From the IMG/VR virus record IMGVR_UViG_3300046517_002304, positions 62,001 to 126,000 of that record: a stretch of 64,000 bases of DNA; one strand, 5' to 3'. Of this stretch, positions 18,616-27,393 are shown one piece after another (position 1 is the stretch's first letter; each line of letters starts with the position of its first letter). The notes beneath the pieces are model-generated. The model ran no database searches, had not been told where the DNA came from, and saw only the letters and a list, made by a program, of their open reading frames with translations. Both the position numbers and the translations under genes were made by a program.

Positions 18616-19131
18616 CTAGTCGCCGTCCCAGTCCCGGTCCATTCCCATAGTTTTTCCCTGTACCATTCGTTTCCAGTAATCTTCACTAGATTCATGGTCT
18701 TGGAAGTCTAGCGGATTACTGGTTCCAACTTCATCTTTGACCCTTCTTACCATATCTTGATAATTAGTGAACGTAAATTTTATGTCAGGGTCATTCCGGT
18801 CCTCTTTGGTGTCCATTCCATAGATTGCAGCTTCAAGTTCTTCTAATTGCGTGTATGCGTCCGAGTCCATTTCTGCATATAGATCAACTTGGCATGATCT
18901 TTCATGATAACTGCCCCAAGACGTATCTCTAAGAATGATTTGCTTGCCCTTTAGTAATTCCCATGTTTTAGGATTTTTAACATACCATTCCCATTTAGCT
19001 ACTGTACGCGGGTCTTTGGCAGGAACTTCTGGCATGTCTCCATATCCATGGTGGCCAGAAGTAAATCCTCTAATTTTTAGAAGATGTACATAGAAGGGCG
19101 TAGCTGATTCTAAAAACGTTCGGAAATTCAT
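18616..19131 (-). CDS. Hypothetical protein with capsid-targeting-like N-terminus (MNFRTFLE)
   Basis: 171 aa; ATGA overlap with the upstream gene. Confidence 0.7.
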   Translation of the reverse strand: MNFRTFLESATPFYVHLLKIRGFTSGHHGYGDMPEVPAKDPRTVAKWEWYVKNPKTWELLKGKQIILRDTSWGSYHERSCQVDLYAEMDSDAYTQLEELEAAIYGMDTKEDRNDPDIKFTFTNYQDMVRRVKDEVGTSNPLDFQDHESSEDYWKRMVQGKTMGMDRDWDGD

Positions 19132-19400
19132 GATAATTCTTTATTGCTCTTAATTTTTTCTATAATTTCCTGTAGTAAAGCGATTGTAACCGGGCTAACA
19201 TGCCCATTGCTACCAGCAATACGTAAAGCGTCAGTAAGTTCCTGTAGTGCGTTTTTTGCTTTCTTCCTAAGTTGTATTCCGGTTTGGGAGGACATAAGAT
19301 TGACATTCCAAAAATCTTGGTCGTTACTGGGTTGACGGGGCCTAGGCGGGGGAGGAATCTGAAAATCGGCTTCTTGTAGGTGTTGTTGGAATGTTTTCAT
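19128..19400 (-). CDS. Hypothetical protein with capsid-targeting-like N-terminus (MKTFQQHLQE)
   Basis: Closest match to the T4 IP peptide MKTYQEFIAE; TAAATA-N4-ATG; PPPPRP tract. Confidence 0.72.
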   Translation of the reverse strand: MKTFQQHLQEADFQIPPPPRPRQPSNDQDFWNVNLMSSQTGIQLRKKAKNALQELTDALRIAGSNGHVSPVTIALLQEIIEKIKSNKELS

Positions 19401-19417
19401 AATGTATTTATGGTTTT

Positions 19418-19723
19418 ATGACGATAAAGTACTGTATGAGAAATAAATGGCCTAAACCCAACTCATGGACGGAGTTTTTCTTTGGCTGGTTTGTGCGTCT
19501 TTCCCTTATAGCCGTTATTGGCGGCAGCATATGGGGCCTGAAGATAGCAGCGGATGCGGTATATCCTGAAACTGAAATGAGTAGAATTACCGAGCATATT
19601 GAGCGGTACGGCGGCCATTATGGCCAGTTAATTAGGACAGAAATAGCTTTTAGTAAAACTCGGGGAAGATATGTTATCAAGTATTATGAAATTGGTTATG
19701 AAATTGATGAATTAGAAAGGTAA
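19418..19723 (+). CDS. Hypothetical membrane protein
   Basis: Hydrophobic stretch LSLIAVIGGSIWGL. Confidence 0.55.
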   Translation: MTIKYCMRNKWPKPNSWTEFFFGWFVRLSLIAVIGGSIWGLKIAADAVYPETEMSRITEHIERYGGHYGQLIRTEIAFSKTRGRYVIKYYEIGYEIDELER

Positions 19724-19727
19724 TAAT

Positions 19728-20162
19728 ATGACGCTACCAACAAAAGAACAGTTGGATACGATTAGACAAGATGCAATTCGCAAAGAAGCAGAAGAAAAAC
19801 AACGTAAATTAGACGAGCAGAAACTTGCGGTTGAGTTAGCAAGGCAGGAAATAATTATATCGGCCAGTAAAGATGCTCCCCTTAGAGCAGCGAAGTTGCC
19901 TGATTTAATTATTTCAGCGGCAGCTAAGGGCGATAAAAGTGTAGAATTAATTATAGATCAATCGGATAAAGGATGGACGGAGTATAGTGAGTTGGTCGCC
20001 GAATTAGTTAAAGAAGAGTTTAAATCCGAAACCGAATATAAGTTTGAAAATATTTTGGGAAATTATAGTTACAAAGATTATAAGATTGACGGCGATGGAG
20101 GACAAGGCGATGATTACGTTCGTGTTCGTTATTGGCCATGTTTGAAAGTTAGTTGGGAGTGA
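19728..20162 (+). CDS. Hypothetical protein
   Basis: 144 aa ORF with AAGG upstream; helical N-terminus. Confidence 0.6.
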   Translation: MTLPTKEQLDTIRQDAIRKEAEEKQRKLDEQKLAVELARQEIIISASKDAPLRAAKLPDLIISAAAKGDKSVELIIDQSDKGWTEYSELVAELVKEEFKSETEYKFENILGNYSYKDYKIDGDGGQGDDYVRVRYWPCLKVSWE

Positions 20163-20165
20163 GGG

Positions 20166-21827
20166 ATGATAAGAGAAGATTTATTAAGTAAGCCATATGC
20201 TGAATATAAGGCCAGTAATTATATTCAGTACGAGTGTGATTATTGCGGGAAGGTATTTGAGCGTGATAAGAAGTATAGAGAGCGCTCAGTTGCGTATGTA
20301 AATAAGGATAGTTGCGGAGACAAACCGTGTACGCAGAAGAAAAAAGAAGACGTATCTATGTTTAGATACGGTACTAAAAGCCCAGGCCAATCTCAAGAAG
20401 TTAAAGATAGGATAAAACAATCTAACATAGAAAAATTTGGCTGTGGATCTTATTTTGAAACTGATAAATTTAAAGAAAAAAGGAAAGAAACTCTAATAGA
20501 AAATTTTGGTGTAGATAGTCCGCTTAAATCGCCAGAGATTAGAAAAAAGATTGAAAAAACTTGCCTTGAGAAGTATGGTACAGAAAATTATTTCCAGACT
20601 GATGAATTTAAAAATAAGTCTAAAGAATCAAGCCAAGAAAAATATGGCACGGACTCACCTATGCAGCACCCAGATGTTCTGGCAAAAAGAGACGAAACAT
20701 GTATTGAAAAATACGGGGTGAAAAATTATACTCAAACCGATGAGTATTGGGAAAAAAGAAAAGCCAGTTCATTAGAAAAGTATGGGGTAGAGCATACCCA
20801 CCAACTTCCAGAAGTACAAGAGAAGATGAAGAAAACCTGTCTAGAAAGGTATGGTTTTACTAATTATGCGATGAGCGAAGAATCTAAACAAAGGTACATT
20901 AAAACATGTATGGAAAAGTATGGCGTTCCTAATCCTTTATGTTTAGAAGAAAATCAAGTTTATGGAAAAGCACAAAAGGAAATACAGGATTGGCTCCAAG
21001 CACTGGGATTAGTCTTTAAAAGTGATTACAGTGTCTTAAAGAAGAAGCAAATTGATTTATTTAATGATGATTTAAAATTGGGCATTGAATATTGTGGATT
21101 ATTTTGGCATAATGAAGTTTCCCCTACTCCGAGAGATAGCCGATATCATTATCGTAAATATAAGGCATGTAATGAAAACGGAGTTTCTTTGATTACTATT
21201 TTTGAGGATGAGTGGACTCTTAATAAAAATAAATGCAAAGATATATTAAAAGGAATACTTGGCATTTATGATATTCGCTTGTATGCTAGAAAATGCTCTG
21301 TATCTCTTATTGATAAAAAACAACTAAGAGATTTTTGTGAAGCAAATCACATACAAGGCTCTAACAAAAGGGCGATAGTTTGCTTCGGCTTATTTTATGA
21401 TCAAGAATTAATGGGCGTTATGTCTTTAGGTTATCACCCACGAAATACAATTAAGGATGTTATTGTACTAGACAGAATGTGTTTTAAGAACGGCATTCAA
21501 GTAGTTGGTGGAGCCAGTAAGTTATTTAAACAGTGCGCAACATGGGCTGTTAATAATAGTTATAAATCTATTGTCACATGGAGTGACAATAGATGGAGTG
21601 ATGGTAAGGTGTATGATATTTTGGGATTTGATTTAGATAAGAAGCTTCCTCCCGATTATAGTTATGTAAACTTACACAATGTTAGACCTGGAAGAACAAG
21701 CAAGCAATCGCAGAGAAAGCTTTTAACTGGATGCCCTAAAGATAAAACAGAGCACGAGTTTGCTTTGGAAAATGGCTTTGCCAGGATATGGGATTGTGGT
21801 AAGAAAAGATGGATTTTTAATCTTTAG
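20166..21827 (+). mobile_element. Homing-endonuclease-like protein: EKYG repeats, PD-(D/E)xK-like nuclease and C-terminal GNAT/Mom-like domain
   Basis: Multiple [CS][LI]EKYG-type repeats; IDLF...IEYCGLFWH...YKAC...LITIFEDEW; then NHIQG...LDRMCF...GGASKLF...TWSDNRWSDGKVY..LGF. Confidence 0.7.
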
Positions 21828-22714
21828 CCCACGAATACGCCCATAATATCACCGAAGCGATTCATCAATCTTTCTTCCCATGCTCTTTTCGCCTCTATAC
21901 CTTCTTGAAGCATAGATTGTCCGTTTAACATCATGCCGCCATTAGGGCCTGGTGGGCTTGGAAACTTGGACCAAATTCTTCCTAGCATAATCTGAGCAAA
22001 AGCCAGTGCTCCTTCTTGCATAGAAATTTGTACTTCTCTCCAGTCTTTACATTTTTGAATGTAATGAACTATGACTTGTTGAGTATGGCAAGGAATCGGA
22101 TATATCTTGAGGTGCCCTTGATCTCCTATAAATTCCCAAGAACCTATAGAAGAGCTAACTCTATTATACATTTGTTCGTATTGCTTATATAACACCCATT
22201 CGCTAGTATTACCCCAAACAGGGAACTGTGGTGTAAGAAACCCGAACGTACTATAAGATCCATACATAAATTCTAAAGGTACCGATCCCCCCAAATCTGT
22301 AGATGTATTAGATGGATTGCTTAGTTGTCTAAAAAATACATTTCTAACAAATCCTATGTCCGCTGGAAGCTCATATACTGATTTGCCAGGCATCGTCTGA
22401 AAGACGTAATATTGGAAAAACTCTCTTGGTGCCCATTCTTCTACGATTCTTAGAGACTCATCAACAGCTAAATCTAACTGCTGATCGCTCAACTCAATAC
22501 GAATTACTGGCGCTCCAAGCATTAAGAGCACGTAATCTTTAATTTGCTCCCTTACCTTATCTCGGTTTGGTCTTGCTGTAATATTTGTAGGACAAGGAAC
22601 TGGACTACCTACGCACCCTGGTCCGAACTCCATTTCTATATCACTAGGGCATTTGGCCGTATTACTACTAGATGGCATTGCAATGTAAAATAAGTTATCA
22701 GTACAGTTGGGCAT
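21824..22714 (-). CDS. gp13: Neck protein (T4 gp13-like)
   Basis: IKDYVLLMLGAPVIRIELSDQQLDLAVDESL; EGALAFAQIMLGRIWSKF...GGMMLNGQSMLQEG. Confidence 0.9.
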   Translation of the reverse strand: MPNCTDNLFYIAMPSSSNTAKCPSDIEMEFGPGCVGSPVPCPTNITARPNRDKVREQIKDYVLLMLGAPVIRIELSDQQLDLAVDESLRIVEEWAPREFFQYYVFQTMPGKSVYELPADIGFVRNVFFRQLSNPSNTSTDLGGSVPLEFMYGSYSTFGFLTPQFPVWGNTSEWVLYKQYEQMYNRVSSSIGSWEFIGDQGHLKIYPIPCHTQQVIVHYIQKCKDWREVQISMQEGALAFAQIMLGRIWSKFPSPPGPNGGMMLNGQSMLQEGIEAKRAWEERLMNRFGDIMGVFVG

Positions 22715-22734
22715 GTTACTAATATATATTCAGC

Positions 22735-23040
22735 ATGAACACGCATTACATCAAAACCAAAAATAGTATTGCTCCTACTGATAATTTACATAAACTTACG
22801 TATGATATTCTCCAAACTGAAAGTCTAATGGATTTAGAAGTTGTTTATGTTGAAATGAGCAAATACTGTTGGCATAACAACTTGGTGTGTCCTTCGTATA
22901 TATCGGTTAAAGAATCGCTAGAGCGCCTTGTAGAGAGCGGTGTTACAGAACAGCTAACTCAACAGGATATTAAAGCCATGCTGTTAAACAAGAAAATAGC
23001 TATGTTTGATGACCCTTTAGATGCTTGGGGCGGGGTTTAA
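22735..23040 (+). CDS. Hypothetical protein
   Basis: 101 aa ORF divergent from gp13 across a shared AATATATATT. Confidence 0.5.
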   Translation: MNTHYIKTKNSIAPTDNLHKLTYDILQTESLMDLEVVYVEMSKYCWHNNLVCPSYISVKESLERLVESGVTEQLTQQDIKAMLLNKKIAMFDDPLDAWGGV

Positions 23041-23201
23041 ACTGTATAAACAGGACATGGCCTGCCACATTTAGGGCATTTGACCTTTTTGCCATTACAA
23101 GTTTCGCATCCATCCGCTTTAGTAAAGCTGTCAATATTCTGATGCACTTCTTTAAATCCACAATAATGGCAATGGACGATATAATTTTTATTCTCTTGCA
23201 T
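23037..23201 (-). CDS. Small Cys-rich zinc-ribbon protein (54 aa)
   Basis: Hand-translated: CHYC...CETC...CPKCGRPC; start overlaps the upstream stop. Confidence 0.6.
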   Translation of the reverse strand: MQENKNYIVHCHYCGFKEVHQNIDSFTKADGCETCNGKKVKCPKCGRPCPVYTV

Positions 23202-23637
23202 TGATTAGCTTCTTTAGAACGTATTCTTTACTAACAATTTGGATATCATCTAGGCTAGCTTTATCAAAAATTCTTTGATATGTTTTGCCGTGAAATAGTC
23301 CGTTTAAATTAGCTGCAAAAAAGTGCTTATACTTCATCATATCTGGACTAGGATTAATCATATTTGCGTAAATTACTCTACTGTTGTCTCCAGCTCCGTA
23401 AATATCGCCCTTCCACACAAAAAACATAGCAAATTGTTCGCTATCAACGATACTTCTAATTTGATTAACTCTATCATTGTCATGATATTCGTGTAAGGCG
23501 TCAATTTCATCAGACGTTTTACCAGCAATGCTTAAATTTGTAGGAACAATCATTTTTTTAACCGTAAGATGTCCCGAAGTTTTACTAAGAATTGGCCCTA
23601 GTTTGTCTGCATCACTTCCCATCGCCTTGCCGTCCAT
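23188..23637 (-). CDS. Hypothetical protein; its frame stays open upstream to the A9 tract at 23760..23768
   Basis: 149 aa from ATG 23637; ~40 further in-frame codons upstream lack an ATG. Confidence 0.65.
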   Translation of the reverse strand: MDGKAMGSDADKLGPILSKTSGHLTVKKMIVPTNLSIAGKTSDEIDALHEYHDNDRVNQIRSIVDSEQFAMFFVWKGDIYGAGDNSRVIYANMINPSPDMMKYKHFFAANLNGLFHGKTYQRIFDKASLDDIQIVSKEYVLKKLINARE

Positions 23638-23753
23638 GCCGAAATAAACGTTAATAGGGCCGGTTGTAAAATCTAATGGAGTCTTTTTTGTAGAATTTCT
23701 AGAGCCCGAAATAGAAGTAGTTATACTAGGAGCGTTTGGGAGAACGTCTTCCT

Positions 23754-23924
23754 TTAAACTTTTTTTTTATGTTTTCTAGGGAAAAAGTCTCCCCTAGCGA
23801 CAAACATTGCGGGTCTTGGGAATGTTGCAATCGCGGCCGTAGTAGTTGTCCCGGCAGAAACGCCGGCAGGAGCAGCTCCTGCATCTTCTTTTAACTTTTT
23901 ATCTAACCATTCAGAAAACTTCAT
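23754..23924 (-). CDS. Small protein with capsid-targeting-like N-terminus (56 aa, MKFSEWLDKKLKE...RKHKKKV)
   Basis: Hand-translated; TATATA-N6-ATG; ends just after an A9 run. Confidence 0.65.
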   Translation of the reverse strand: MKFSEWLDKKLKEDAGAAPAGVSAGTTTTAAIATFPRPAMFVARGDFFPRKHKKKV

Positions 23925-23973
23925 ACAAGGTATATATGAAACGGTTGATTCGGATTTTGGATATAGACATAAA

Positions 23974-24005
23974 AAAACAGCCGTGTAAATTTACACGGCT
24001 GTTTT
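23974..24005 (-). terminator. Intrinsic terminator (perfect 32-bp palindrome)
   Basis: AAAACAGCCGTGTAAA/TTTACACGGCTGTTTT just downstream of 24025..25263; U-run on the minus strand. Confidence 0.85.
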
Positions 24006-24024
24006 AATTCTAACAATTTACTTA

Positions 24025-25263
24025 TTATAGGTCCGCACTTACTTCAAGGGCAGCGCTGGTAGCGTTACCGCTGTCAGCAAGATGAGCGCCGTGACCCGTT
24101 GTGAGTCCGGAAGCTACTGTGACGGCAATTAGCGCAGCAGTTTGACTGCCGGCCGAGCCGCTTACTGCTGTTGCAGCAGCCGAAGCTGACGCATCTGTTT
24201 GAACTGTCATATCAGCAACTAAGCCTTGGAACGCAACCGTTCCAGCGGCGATTTTATGCGAATATGGTAGTATAATTCTAGCAACTGTGGTTGAGTTAGC
24301 ATAACCGGCAGCATACACTTGGCTTGCGGCTGTTACACCAAATCGTTCAAAGAATCGCTTGCACATTGATAGTTCGGCGAAGTGAGGGCGAGGATACCAG
24401 TTAACTTCAACCGGTGAATTAAATAGTCCAGCCTGAGTAACCTTCATGGCAAATCCAGTTGCAGCAGTGTCCTGTGTCCAAACGAACACCATTAGGTTAT
24501 TGGCTGTTGCACCGACTTGTCCACCAACGATTAGATCGGTCCATGTATTTACGGCCGTTGGGGTTACTGCGGCAGAAACAGCGGTGACAGTTAGTGTAGT
24601 TCCAGAGAAAAATCCGCCGGAAGTATAGCTAGCTGAAGTCCAAGTATTAACGAAAGCAGAAGTGGCCGCGTCAGCAGTGCCTGTCCACTCAAGGATGGCA
24701 GCGCGAACTGGCTGAAGATTTGTAGCTTGGAAGCGGCACTGAAACGTAACGTAGTTACCGCGCATGTCAACGGTATCTTTGTTCTCAACAATCTGAGCGA
24801 CACCAAATCGCTGATTTGCGCCTGTTCCGATTGCGTTCTGTGTGACTAAGCAGCCGTACTCTGCGGCATCTCCAGTTGTTCGTGCAGCAGCAACACCGGT
24901 TGTCTGCGTAAGAACATACCAACGGTCAGCAATGTAAGTGTCTGTTGGGTTGCCGAATGCAACTGTGGCAGCAGCAGATGACAGCGTAGTGCCAGTAGAG
25001 CTGTTTAGAACGATAGCTGTATTAGATGTTAAGGATGAGACTGTTTTACCAGTGCTCACAGTAGTTCCGGTAACTGTCATGCCAGGACGAACGGTCGCCA
25101 CGACGTTTGTTAGAGTGCTTACTGCGGTGCTTGTAGTACCGGTTGTTACACCAGTTTGCGTGCCGCCTAGTGTAGTTCCGCGCTGCCATACATCAAATCC
25201 GCCGTTATGGAGAATGTTATTTGGTAGCATGCCGCGAGGATTGCTTAGAATTGTATTTGCCAT
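24025..25263 (-). CDS. Virion fibre/decoration protein with carbohydrate-binding-like domain
   Basis: NILHNGGFDVWQRG...ADRW pattern of phage fibre proteins; Thr/Ala/Gly-rich; CTAAATA box plus AGGA leader. Confidence 0.7.
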   Translation of the reverse strand: MANTILSNPRGMLPNNILHNGGFDVWQRGTTLGGTQTGVTTGTTSTAVSTLTNVVATVRPGMTVTGTTVSTGKTVSSLTSNTAIVLNSSTGTTLSSAAATVAFGNPTDTYIADRWYVLTQTTGVAAARTTGDAAEYGCLVTQNAIGTGANQRFGVAQIVENKDTVDMRGNYVTFQCRFQATNLQPVRAAILEWTGTADAATSAFVNTWTSASYTSGGFFSGTTLTVTAVSAAVTPTAVNTWTDLIVGGQVGATANNLMVFVWTQDTAATGFAMKVTQAGLFNSPVEVNWYPRPHFAELSMCKRFFERFGVTAASQVYAAGYANSTTVARIILPYSHKIAAGTVAFQGLVADMTVQTDASASAAATAVSGSAGSQTAALIAVTVASGLTTGHGAHLADSGNATSAALEVSADL

Positions 25264-25321
25264 TCTGTTTATTTCCTATAAAATGTTAGACTTAAATTAT
25301 TTAGTGTGATCAGATCAAATT

Positions 25322-25726
25322 TTATCGTAGTGGCGGTGAATTTCCACCTAATCCGCCTAATCCTCCACTTGACATACCCCCCATACCTCCCATACCACCT
25401 CCGCTATCTGACATTCCTGGTGGAGGCTTTAAGAATAAGTCCATATTACTGCCGGTTATTGTGTAGATTTTTCCAGCATTTGAACTCTTTTCTTCATATG
25501 GGAAATGTCCAAACCCTAAGTCCTTAATTCTTAAAAAGTTTTTACCATAACCAATTATTTTGAATCTAGTAGGAGATTTAATTTCATCTATCTCTCCATT
25601 TGCGCTCTTAAGTTTCATTGGTGGGTTGATTACAATAAATTGTCTTAAAAAGTCAGATGGCGATACTTGTAGCTTTTTTTGAAAAGTGCCAAGCATGCTC
25701 TCATATAAAAACTGTTTAAATCCCAT
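25322..25726 (-). CDS. Protein with capsid-targeting-like N-terminus (MGFKQFLYE) and Gly/Met-rich tail
   Basis: ATG 25726; TATATA-N4-ATG; GGMGGMGG tail. Confidence 0.7.
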   Translation of the reverse strand: MGFKQFLYESMLGTFQKKLQVSPSDFLRQFIVINPPMKLKSANGEIDEIKSPTRFKIIGYGKNFLRIKDLGFGHFPYEEKSSNAGKIYTITGSNMDLFLKPPPGMSDSGGGMGGMGGMSSGGLGGLGGNSPPLR

Positions 25727-25740
25727 ATGATATATATTGT

Positions 25741-26400
25741 ATGACGCTACCCTTTGAGAATGATAGTAAAAGAAAATATACTTGCTTCTGTTGTGGTGTG
25801 GCATTTAACTTTAATGAGTTCGCTGATTATAAAGAACACATTATAAGTGAGCATGAAGAAGGCCGAGAATGGATTAAATGCCCTCTGGCACGGTGCGGAG
25901 CACCGGTAAGAGATATTCGTTCGCACTTTAAAATTTGTCATCCTGCTGATAAAATACCACATGATATGCAAATGAAAGTTATGGTATGGCGCGATTTTGG
26001 CAGCAAGAAGAGAAAGAAAATGCAGTTTGAGGAGGGATATTTAATATCGATCAAGAATCATGGGGCTGCAATGCATTACCGATCATCTTATGAAAAAAAG
26101 ATATATGAATGCCTAGAACAGTTGCCCAGAGTTGTATCTTATCAAGTAGAGCCATTTTATGTCGGCTATTTTTTTGGCTCTAAGAACAGGAAGTATTATC
26201 CAGACATACAAGTAAATTTTGCAGATAATTCCACAGAGATATGGGAGGTTAAGCCTAGTAAGCAAACCAGCTCAAAGCAAAACAGGGCGAAATGGGAAGC
26301 CTGCGAAGCCTATTGCTTGGTGAAGGGATGGAAGTTTGTTGTAAAAACAGAAAAAGGTATCGCAAACCTATTAATTGAAGTTGCGGATAATCAGGCGTAA
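25741..26400 (+). CDS. gp4: Head completion nuclease (T4 gp4/TnsA-like) with two N-terminal C2H2-type fingers
   Basis: YRSSYEKK...YYPDIQV...EVKP...AKWEA; N-terminal CxxC...HxxxxH twice. Confidence 0.8.
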   Translation: MTLPFENDSKRKYTCFCCGVAFNFNEFADYKEHIISEHEEGREWIKCPLARCGAPVRDIRSHFKICHPADKIPHDMQMKVMVWRDFGSKKRKKMQFEEGYLISIKNHGAAMHYRSSYEKKIYECLEQLPRVVSYQVEPFYVGYFFGSKNRKYYPDIQVNFADNSTEIWEVKPSKQTSSKQNRAKWEACEAYCLVKGWKFVVKTEKGIANLLIEVADNQA

Positions 26401-27362
26401 TCCCAAAGCTTTAGATCATCTATGAAGTATGGAGACCTAATGACTAGTTCATCTGTTGTTAAGTTTTCACATTCTATAGCGTCTTTGAATTTTTTAACTT
26501 TGTCGGATAGAACAATGCTAAATTGTTTTTTGCCATGTGATTTAGTAATTTTGCCATCTTTAATTACTTCCTGAAACCATTTTGTAGATTCTTCTGTCTT
26601 TGTTAGAAATAATCCGTTATATTCTGTATCTGGTTCATTAATTAAATATGCATCTTTCATTGCTTTGACGTACTTAACCGAATAGCCAAGTATCTTAGCC
26701 GCTGCGGTTATATTAAATTTTGTTGCTTCTAGGACGGTCAGTATATCCTTGCGACATAGATCAAATTTGCCTATTCCATTTATCAATTTATTAAACGTTT
26801 TAATAAATTTTCCTTTAGTACCGTTATTGACAATAACGTATTCAAATTGACTTCGCTTTAAGTTTGTTTCGCTGTCGTGGTTATAATAGATATCAAAATC
26901 CGGCCGTATTACGAATAAACACATGGCTCCTAGCTCTTTAAGCGTTTCATGTTCATTGACAAATCTAGCATCATCACACGTCCATAAGTCTTTATCATTA
27001 ATTTGTTTGGCAAATTCCTTGACATGAAAATTATTATCGTATTTACGGAGTATTTCGGTGCCTATAATTTGCATGGCATCTCTGATACTATTAAACGTTT
27101 TATCTTCATGATAAAGGGATTTTGTTGCTTTGACCATTTTAGCTAATTTATCTGCCGTTACCTTGTTCCATATTAACGGTTGAGCTAACTTCTGTTCCTT
27201 TTTCACTACATCTGTTAAATCCTTAGGATTTAGCTTATAGAGTTCACTGACTAAGGATTTTAGTTTATCGGCGAAACTAATTTTTTTATAGCCGAGTGGG
27301 ACTAACTGGTCTGCGAGGGTTGTTTTGCCAGCTTTGCATCTGGCAGATATGGAGATAATCAT
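26391..27362 (-). CDS. Deoxynucleoside monophosphate kinase with C-terminal HTH extension
   Basis: AGKTT P-loop, SFADKLK, RDAMQIIGTEILR, DDARFVNE; then VLEATKFNITAAAKILG. Confidence 0.85.
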   Translation of the reverse strand: MIISISARCKAGKTTLADQLVPLGYKKISFADKLKSLVSELYKLNPKDLTDVVKKEQKLAQPLIWNKVTADKLAKMVKATKSLYHEDKTFNSIRDAMQIIGTEILRKYDNNFHVKEFAKQINDKDLWTCDDARFVNEHETLKELGAMCLFVIRPDFDIYYNHDSETNLKRSQFEYVIVNNGTKGKFIKTFNKLINGIGKFDLCRKDILTVLEATKFNITAAAKILGYSVKYVKAMKDAYLINEPDTEYNGLFLTKTEESTKWFQEVIKDGKITKSHGKKQFSIVLSDKVKKFKDAIECENLTTDELVIRSPYFIDDLKLWDYA

Positions 27363-27393
27363 GATAATATAATCGTCATTACTATTATAGCAC

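Noticed and set aside
12978-21000. CRISPR-like or satellite DNA array
   Set aside because: The periodicity comes from protein repeats (LHRxDGPA, EKYG) with synonymous divergence, not identical DNA repeats with spacers.
24446-25309. Plus-strand ORFs 24446..24628 and 24938..25309, and similar antisense ORFs over the sheath, BNR and LamG genes
   Set aside because: Shadow frames caused by the biased codon usage of the real minus-strand genes; no start signals or protein-like motifs.
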